Source: an uncultured Pelagibacteraceae bacterium (lineage in GTDB: Bacteria > Pseudomonadota > Alphaproteobacteria > Pelagibacterales > Pelagibacteraceae). From it: DNA of 64,000 nt. Below, one piece after another: positions 49,840 through 57,500 of this stretch (within the stretch, counting starts at the first letter, position 1; every line of letters begins with the position of its first letter). The stretch spans positions 12,675 through 76,674 of the forward strand of contig CACGHU010000001.1 of assembly GCA_902572945.1 (NCBI GenBank), written 5' to 3'. The notes under the pieces are model-generated. The model was not told the DNA's origin, made no database searches, and worked only from the letters and a program-made list of their open reading frames with translations. Both the position numbers and the translations under genes were made by a program.

Positions 49840-50151
49840 CTCTAACACAATTTGAAATAACTCTAACACAAATTAAAAAAAAGTCTAACACAATTTTATC
49901 ATTATAGTGTCCATTATAGGTTGTAACGTAAAAAAACCGCATAAAATATAGTTTTTTTTTAAATACTAAAATTTTATTAAAAAAAAAAATTTTACTAATT
50001 TTAATATACTCTAACACAATTCAACGAATCAATTTTGTGTTAGAGTTATTATTTTTTTTTAAAAATTAGAAAAGTCAATAAAATCAACATTTTTTAAATT
50101 TTAATTTTAAAAATGTATATTTGTGTTAGAGTAATTTTTTTTGTGTTAGAG
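49840..50151. repeat. Array of seven (C/G)TCTAACACAA motifs upstream of pilMN
   Basis: Forward copies at 49840, 49861, 49883 and 50009; reverse copies (TTGTGTTAGAG) at 50035, 50121 and 50141; the 10-bp core is identical in all seven. Confidence 0.92.
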
Positions 50152-50302
50152 AGATTAATTTTTATGATTTTGAAATTAAATATATCCGTGCCCAAATATT
50201 ATTTATAACAATACAACCCTCAATTTTAAAAATAAATAGAATTTTTTCTAGTTTTGTGACTTTTTATTAATTTTTCAATTAATAATTGTAAAATTAAACA
50301 CT

Positions 50303-51532
50303 TTATAAATTTTTTACACTCATCATCAAAATAAATCCTAATAAAAATAAAAATGATACAGAAAATAAACCAATCCTTTGAGAATAAAGGTAAGTTACAG
50401 TTCCAACCAGTAATGGTCCAGCAAATGCGGTTACTCTTCCAGAAAAACTAAACAAACCAAAACCTTTTCCTAAATTATTTGTATTTAAAAATTTCGTCAT
50501 AAGAACTCTGCTTGCGCTTTGTATAGACCCAATAAAAAAAGAAATAAACATTACATTATAAAAAAATTGATTTTTTGTTTGTGCTATTAAAGAACCATAG
50601 ATTACAGCTACAATTAAAAATAAAATACAAATTAAAATAATATTCTTAGATGAAAACAAATCATTTAAATATCCTCCTATCAAAACACCAACGAATGCAA
50701 CTACGTTACTATAGATTGCAAGTTTTAAAAGTTCAGAAGGACTAAACCCAAAAACTCCTGATGCGTACACACCACCTCCAGCAATTAAAACAATTAAAGC
50801 ATCAGAATAAATCATTCTTGCTAATAGAAACTTTCCTGTTGAAGTAAATTTATTTTTCCAAACTATTTCAAATATTTTTTTTAATGATGATCTTTCTTTA
50901 TAATTAGTTGCATACTTTATTTTATTTTTAAAATAATAAATCATTGGAAATGAAAATATTAAAAACCAAAGTGCAACAATAAAGGGTATAAATCTAATAT
51001 GTTCAAAATTGTTTTTATCTAAATTAAATAAAGTTTTTTCTGGTAATATAAATAAATATAAACATATAAATATTATTGGAACACTTCCTAAATAACCAAG
51101 AGCAAAACCAAGTCCAGATGTTTTACCAATATTTTTTTTATTCGAACAATTTTTTAGAAGTGAATTATAAAATATAGTTGCTATCTCATAAAAATAATTT
51201 GAAACAAAAAAGATTAACAAAGTAAATAATATAAAATTAGAGTTTGGTTTTGAAAACCAAAATAAACATGTTGTCAAAATACAAAATAAAGTAAATCTTT
51301 CTAAATATATTATTCTTCCCTTAGGTTTTTTATCAGCAACTAAACCTAGCAAAGGACCGGTTAATGCAATTAAGATTCCACATAGTCCAGCAGTCCACTG
51401 CCAATAAGCTGCACCTAATTGAGCATCACCAACTATTTGATTTGCAAAGTATGCAGAAGTTACAAATGTAATTATTACCATAGTGTATGCAGAATTTGCT
51501 AAATCGTACATTGCATATAATAATTTACTCAT
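50303..51532 (-). CDS. MFS transporter (UMF1/BtlA-like)
   Basis: YDLANSAY, FYNSLL, SGLGFALGYLG and QSASR motifs; about 12 TM. Confidence 0.82.
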   Translation of the reverse strand: MSKLLYAMYDLANSAYTMVIITFVTSAYFANQIVGDAQLGAAYWQWTAGLCGILIALTGPLLGLVADKKPKGRIIYLERFTLFCILTTCLFWFSKPNSNFILFTLLIFFVSNYFYEIATIFYNSLLKNCSNKKNIGKTSGLGFALGYLGSVPIIFICLYLFILPEKTLFNLDKNNFEHIRFIPFIVALWFLIFSFPMIYYFKNKIKYATNYKERSSLKKIFEIVWKNKFTSTGKFLLARMIYSDALIVLIAGGGVYASGVFGFSPSELLKLAIYSNVVAFVGVLIGGYLNDLFSSKNIILICILFLIVAVIYGSLIAQTKNQFFYNVMFISFFIGSIQSASRVLMTKFLNTNNLGKGFGLFSFSGRVTAFAGPLLVGTVTYLYSQRIGLFSVSFLFLLGFILMMSVKNL

Positions 51533-51998
51533 TATTATTTATTCCTCTTTTAATATATTCATTTAAATAATTATTTTTTTTAATAGGTTTGTTTGCAAAA
51601 ATTATTTTTAAGTTTTTATCTAAGAAATATGTAATTTTTATTAAATAATTAAAAAATATTTTTATTATACTGCTTAATTTATTACATACATGATTAATAA
51701 CTTCATGATCAAAACATTTTTTTAAAATTGAGTATCCTGGGTTAAATATAAATAATAATTGGTTAATAATTATTTGGATAAAATATTTAATTTTACTATT
51801 GGTTTTAAGTGTCTTGATTTTATTTTTGTGCATTAAAATTATAGATTTTAAAAATCTTAATCCTGGGTAGACAAAAATATAATTAATTTGTCTATTTTCC
51901 ATGATAGATGGATCTAAAAACACTTTATTTAATTTATTATCTAATATTTTTAATTCGCTCATAAATGGTATTTTATATCTTATAATGCGAGCATTCAA
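51525..51998 (-). CDS. Hypothetical protein (very AT-rich, possibly degenerate)
   Basis: Open frame of 157 codons overlapping the MFS start; no recognisable motif. Confidence 0.35.
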   Translation of the reverse strand: MNARIIRYKIPFMSELKILDNKLNKVFLDPSIMENRQINYIFVYPGLRFLKSIILMHKNKIKTLKTNSKIKYFIQIIINQLLFIFNPGYSILKKCFDHEVINHVCNKLSSIIKIFFNYLIKITYFLDKNLKIIFANKPIKKNNYLNEYIKRGINNNE

Positions 51999-52003
51999 TT
52001 AAA

Positions 52004-52297
52004 TTAGAGTGGTTTGCCTCTTATATCGGTAGTTAAAGCTTGATATATGATTACACTTATTGTTTCGAGGTTTTTAATGACCCTATTTATATCCCATTCG
52101 AGTTTCACGTCGGTACAATTTAGTTCTTTATAGTAATATACTTTTGCTTTTGGTATTGATGGGTCTATTTCTTCTGTAATGATATTCATTATGTTTGTTT
52201 TTTTCTCAATTGCATAATTGTATTTGCAAACATTTGAAGTAGACCAAACTAAAAGTGTCGAAACAATTATAGCTATTAATACCATTAGACTTTTCAT
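52004..52297 (-). CDS. Hypothetical small exported or membrane protein
   Basis: N-terminal hydrophobic segment; ATG overlaps the stop of the upstream phosphatase gene. Confidence 0.55.
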   Translation of the reverse strand: MKSLMVLIAIIVSTLLVWSTSNVCKYNYAIEKKTNIMNIITEEIDPSIPKAKVYYYKELNCTDVKLEWDINRVIKNLETISVIIYQALTTDIRGKPL

Positions 52298-53595
52298 GTT
52301 AAGGAGTCTATCACAACAATAGTTAAATCATCTTTCTGAATTTTTCCAGATTTGACTATGTCTTCAACTATAATTTTTAATCTTTGGTTACTAGGTTTGT
52401 TTTGATATTTTGTAATATAATTTTGAAATCCTTCAGCTCCTAGCATTTCTCCATTTGGATCTTTAATTTCTGTAATACCATCTGTAAAAATATACATTGA
52501 GCTTTCTGAAAATTTTAAAATTGTTTCTTTGTATTTAATTTTTGGCATAATGCCTAATGGTGGTCCTGCTTCAGTGAAGTTCGAAAATTTTCCATCCTTT
52601 GAATAAATCAATGGAGGTTCATGTCCTGCATTGGACAAATGTAATTCTTTTTTAACACTGTCATAAATTCCAACAAGCATTGTAACGAACATTCCTCTTG
52701 CAGCAGTCTCACAAATTTCTTTATTTAATAATTCTAAAAGTTCTGATGCAGAAAACATAGTTTTGCTCAAGCATCTATATAAACTTGATGCCTTGGACAT
52801 TAATAAAGATGACTTTATTCCTTTTCCTGAAACATCTGCTACACCAAAACCATATTTGCCCTTTTCAAGTTCTGCAAAATTATAAAAATCGCCTGAAACA
52901 ACTTTTGCAGGTATATTTATTCCTGCAATAGGAAATTTTTCATCTTTGTTTTTAGATAATAAAGTTTTTTGGATTTCCCCAACAATCTCTATTTCTTTTT
53001 GCATTCTATTTTTATCTATAAGCTCTTTGGCCATCTTTGCGTTTCTTATTGCAAGAGCAGCAGGTGCAGATAAAGTTTCTAATAATTTTCTATCTCCTTC
53101 TTCAAAAAGTTTATTATTTGTTTTTTTATTAAGACAATGTATTACTCCAATACATTCATTGGCTGCTATAAGTGGTGAACATAAAACAGAATATGTTGTA
53201 AAATTTGTTTTGTTGTCTAAATCAAAATAAAATTCTGCAATTTCTCTCACATCTTTCCTTACATCTCCAACTCTGATACATTTTTTTTGCAATACAGCTT
53301 TACCCATGACACCTTGTGTTAAAGGTATCTCATATTCTTCAAGATAGGATTGATACTTAGATGCTATACATTGAAAAACTTGCTTTTTATCTTCAATTAA
53401 AAAAATATTTGCAGCTTGTGCATTTAATCTCTTAATAATTACTTCTAATGCTGTTTGTAAAGTGTCATTTAAGTCAAGAGAGGTAGCAAACTCTTGGTTC
53501 ATCTGAGTAATAATGGCTAAATCTTGATTTAAAGTTGAGTCTTCTTTTTTTATCTCAGTTTTTTTTGATTTAAAAAACATTTTTATATTTGGCAT
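52294..53595 (-). CDS. GAF-domain PP2C/SpoIIE (RsbU/RsbP-like) phosphatase
   Basis: GAF motifs (QGVMG, D..TNFTTYSVLCSPL, IGVIHCLNK, F...D..LL); VSGDFY, ADVSGKG, NAGHEPP, FTDGITE and DDLT motifs. Confidence 0.9.
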   Translation of the reverse strand: MPNIKMFFKSKKTEIKKEDSTLNQDLAIITQMNQEFATSLDLNDTLQTALEVIIKRLNAQAANIFLIEDKKQVFQCIASKYQSYLEEYEIPLTQGVMGKAVLQKKCIRVGDVRKDVREIAEFYFDLDNKTNFTTYSVLCSPLIAANECIGVIHCLNKKTNNKLFEEGDRKLLETLSAPAALAIRNAKMAKELIDKNRMQKEIEIVGEIQKTLLSKNKDEKFPIAGINIPAKVVSGDFYNFAELEKGKYGFGVADVSGKGIKSSLLMSKASSLYRCLSKTMFSASELLELLNKEICETAARGMFVTMLVGIYDSVKKELHLSNAGHEPPLIYSKDGKFSNFTEAGPPLGIMPKIKYKETILKFSESSMYIFTDGITEIKDPNGEMLGAEGFQNYITKYQNKPSNQRLKIIVEDIVKSGKIQKDDLTIVVIDSLT

Positions 53596-53739
53596 TCTAA
53601 TGCTTTTTTGATATTTTTAACAAGCATGGAAATTATAATTAATTCACCAGGTTTCTATCTACACATCCAGGACGCAGTTGTAATTATACAGTACTGTATA
53701 GACGGGATTTTGAATATTGCTTCAAAATTTAAAATATAA

Positions 53740-54514
53740 TTGGTGATATTACTTTTTTTTTTTATTTTAGGCAGTCTTTTTGGTAGTTTTTCAAACGTAT
53801 GTATCTATAGACTACCTGCAAATAAGGGTATTGTCCTAGGTCGTTCAAGCTGTCCAGGGTGTAAGAAAGTTATAAAATGGTACGATAATATTCCTTTATT
53901 TTCATTTATTCTTCTAAAAGCTATGTGTAGAAATTGCGATTTTAAAATAAGCCAACAATATTTTATTGTAGAGTTATTTACTGCAACTATCTTTGCTTTG
54001 ATTTTTTTTATTTATGGTCTGTCAACTACTACTCTTTTACTTTTGATTTTGACTGTTTTTTTTTGTAATTATTTTCTTTATTGATTTAAAACATTTTATA
54101 ATTCCTAATGAACTGACTTTTCCATTAATGTTAATAGGTTTTATAAAATCTTTTGATCCTTTCTTAAATCAAAGTTTATTTCCTAATTTTTTAAATTCAC
54201 TTATAGGAGGTTTAGTTGGTTACGCCATAATCTGGTTGATTATTTTTCTTTATAAAAAAATAAGAAACAAAGAAGGTATGGGTCTTGGAGATGCAAAACT
54301 TTTATCTGCCATAGGATTTTGGTTTGGTTGGGCAAGTATCCCTATAGTAATTTTTTTTTCATCATTAATTGCAATAATTTACGTAACACCTTCATTAATT
54401 AAAAAATCTAGAAATCTGTCTGCCGAAATTCCTTTTGGTCCATATTTAATTATTGGGTGTGTGGTTTTTATAATTTTTGGAAATTATTTAAAACAAATCT
54501 TATTTAATTTTTAA
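53740..54514 (+). pseudogene. pilD: Prepilin peptidase/N-methyltransferase PilD, split by a +1 frameshift in a T9 run
   Basis: N-part has GSFSNVCIYRLP, RSSCPGC, WYDNIP and CRNC; C-part has GMGLGDAKL and IPFGPY. Deleting one T from 54056-54064 restores VFFVIIFFIDLKHFIIPN containing the first catalytic Asp. May be a sequencing error. Confidence 0.85.
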
Positions 54515-54520
54515 ATTAAA

Positions 54521-57500
54521 TTAAAAATTCTCTCTCCAAGATCTTCTAAATGATCTATATTCTTTATCTGTTGCTAATATTTCAACTAATGTATCCTTAT
54601 CTAAAGTAGGTCCTGCTAAGTTTGCAAATAGTCTTCCTCCAAATACAACAAGCTTAGATAAAATACCTGCTCCAACCTCGAAACAACTACCTTCTGCTAC
54701 ACTTGAGTCAATATGAAGTGAGTCTAATGATCCACATTCATCGTCATGAGCACATACATAAGCAGTTCCTAAATTACAATTATCAGTTTTATCGGGTTGA
54801 TAAATTGGAAAATAAACTTTGCCACGATAAATTGTTGGTGGACCAGATGTTTTTCTAAAATCATTTGCAGTTAAAGATTGTTTCATATTTACACCATCTG
54901 CTACTCCCAAATGATATTTCCATCCAAGATTACTTCCAGAAGTACTACATGTTGGAAAGTTTTCACCGGTTGCATTAGCACAAACTATTTGATCATCAAT
55001 AAGAGGTGTATTGTTTAAAGCTTCTATAGCTTTTGCCTCATCATATGTATTTGGTAATGTTGTAAGACTTTCGCCAACAAAATTTGGAAAATCAAAATCT
55101 CTTATTCCATAAACAATATTATCCATTAGAGAAAGTTCAGTATCAATTTCTGATATCCTATTAAAATTACCTGTTCCACCAAACAACCAAAAATTGCCAG
55201 TGCTAGTTCCTATTGCGGCATCCATTTCAAAAAAGCTATGTCTTTTATTTGATGAGTTTGCTCCAAGATTCATTAGATATTGATATTCAAGAAAAGTACC
55301 TTGAGTGGTTAGGTTTAATTTAATTATCTTTCCTTCCATGTCATTTATATAAACTAATCCACCTCTCCAAGGGACATCGGTCACTACGTCGGCTGTAATC
55401 AATACCGGTGTTGCTGTAACATGATTTTTAATGTCACTTTCTTTAACGATAGTACTTTCATCAGCATCATCTCTTGGCTCACTATCTAAAAGTCTTACAG
55501 CACCAGAAACTGTTTCACTTCCCGTAAATAAACCGTAAAGCCTACCTGCTTCATGTGTTAATCCTCGATCATCACCTGTTCCACTGTCATCAATTTCTTC
55601 TGTTAATTCTGATCCTGCTTCTAAATCGATCAAATATATTCCAGAGCCTGAGCATCTTGAAGTTGATGCATATCCTGCTCCCATTACTGCAACGTACCTG
55701 TCTGTTTGAATACTCCCTGTAGTATTACCATTATTATCTAATTGGGGTACTCTTAGTATTCTTGGAGTAGACCATGTTTCTCCCATTTGACTATAATCAT
55801 ATTTTATATTGCTAGTACCAGCATTAATACATTTTGACTCTATCTTCACTCTAGTAGTTTTTTCTGTAGTATCTTCACCATCATTAAACACCTTGTCACT
55901 ACTAAATGTTAAAATCAATTCATCACCATCTTTTTTTCCTTGGATGGTTGAGCCTGGACCAACCTCATATCTAGACCAATCATCATTATCTTTTATAAAT
56001 ACATCAAGAAAACCTGTTTGAAGTTCATTGCCACTAAATGCGGTAGGTTTAAGATCAACATCTGTGAAAGTAAAAGTTTTTCCTTTGTAGCAGGCATTTG
56101 TACCTTCCGTCCTAAAATTTGTTGTATAATCAGCATCTGATTGACAATCTTTAATATTATCCCTATTGGTAAAGTCTGTTTCACTCTCTCCATCATTGTT
56201 TCTAGCAGTAGTTTGATTTTGTTCCGCTCTTTGAGCTTCTCTTGAGTCGCTTAAATCAAAAGAGCTTCCGGAATACCGAAATGAATTAATATCACCATTA
56301 TGATCAACTCGTACAATTCTTTTATTATAAGTGTCATTATATATGGAGAACATATGAAGTGGTCCCTGCCCTCCTATTACCGTATTTCCATCTTCATCTA
56401 AAACTGGATTACCATCTTCATCAACATCTCCAGATACTATTTTTGGATAAGTAACATCAAGAACTGAAAAACCGGCACCACCTCTACCATATGGTATCAT
56501 CAATAACGTTCTCCATCTTTTGACGTCGCTATATTCAAGCTCGCCACTTGCGTTTGCTTCTAAGTGAAATATTTTAGCATCATGTATAATTGGTGAACCA
56601 TCGACTCCAAAAATTGCATTTGAGCCACCCGCTTTACCAGTTCGGCCTGGAGGCGCTTTTATTTTTCCATCATAAGCTTTGTTAAAAATTAATGGCATTT
56701 GTGATGCTATCATTGGTGGTACAAATGCCCATTCTTCTGATCCATCTGTTGCATTAAATGCATGCAGCATTCCACCATTTGATCCTGCGTAAATCATTCG
56801 AGGTCTATCCTTTAAAGCTTTTTTGAAACCACCATATCCACTTACTGATCTATAATATGCCTCAGAGTTATTAGATTGAAAAACTGTATTTGCAGCCGGC
56901 GCTCCAACTTCAACTAACTGAGAGTGATATATGTCAGCTAGAATTGATCCTCTATCTTCTTCAATATCGCAGCCAGCATTATAATCAAAATAATCTACTC
57001 CTCTAATAAAGTTTATAAGACCAGAGATATCATCAAGATTTCCATTTTCACCTTTTCCGCAAAATGAGGATGGGTTATGATAGTCTTCAACTACATTTCC
57101 GGTGAACTCAAATAAATTGTTTATTTGGTCTCTATATTTTGGTCGCCAATTATTCCAATTACCAATATATCCAGCAGCAGGGTCTTCAAGTACTGTCCAA
57201 ATTTTTCTTCCGGCTGAGCCTTTTTCTAATAATTTTGCACCTGCATCCCAGTTTTTTCCATTCTCATCCGCATAGTCTAGGTCCTGCTCTACTGCACCGT
57301 TGTCAGCTCGAATTGCTTTTCTCAGTAATCGTCCTCGCCACTCGCCATTGGGCTCGTAGTTAAATTGTGCTTGATATATAGCTCCACCCTCTTGAATAGT
57401 CGCGGTTACAGAAGGTGCAGTAAAAGACAATCGATCGGCTATTATTTGTCTAATTTTTGATTCTAATACTACTTTTAATTGTTGTGGTGAAGAGGCTTCT

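Noticed and set aside
49811-50017. 68-aa ORF over the repeat array
   Set aside because: Low-complexity F/K/I sequence from AT-rich non-coding DNA overlapping the motifs; no coding evidence.
49840-50151. Repeat array as a CRISPR array or DnaA-box origin
   Set aside because: Repeats are only 10-11 bp, in both orientations, with irregular spacing and no cas genes; the motif matches the DnaA box TTATCCACA poorly and no replication genes are adjacent.
53685-53700. Palindrome as a LexA/SOS box
   Set aside because: It contains CTGTATA half-sites but in the opposite arrangement to CTG-N10-CAG, and alphaproteobacterial LexA uses a different motif; kept only as an unassigned palindrome.
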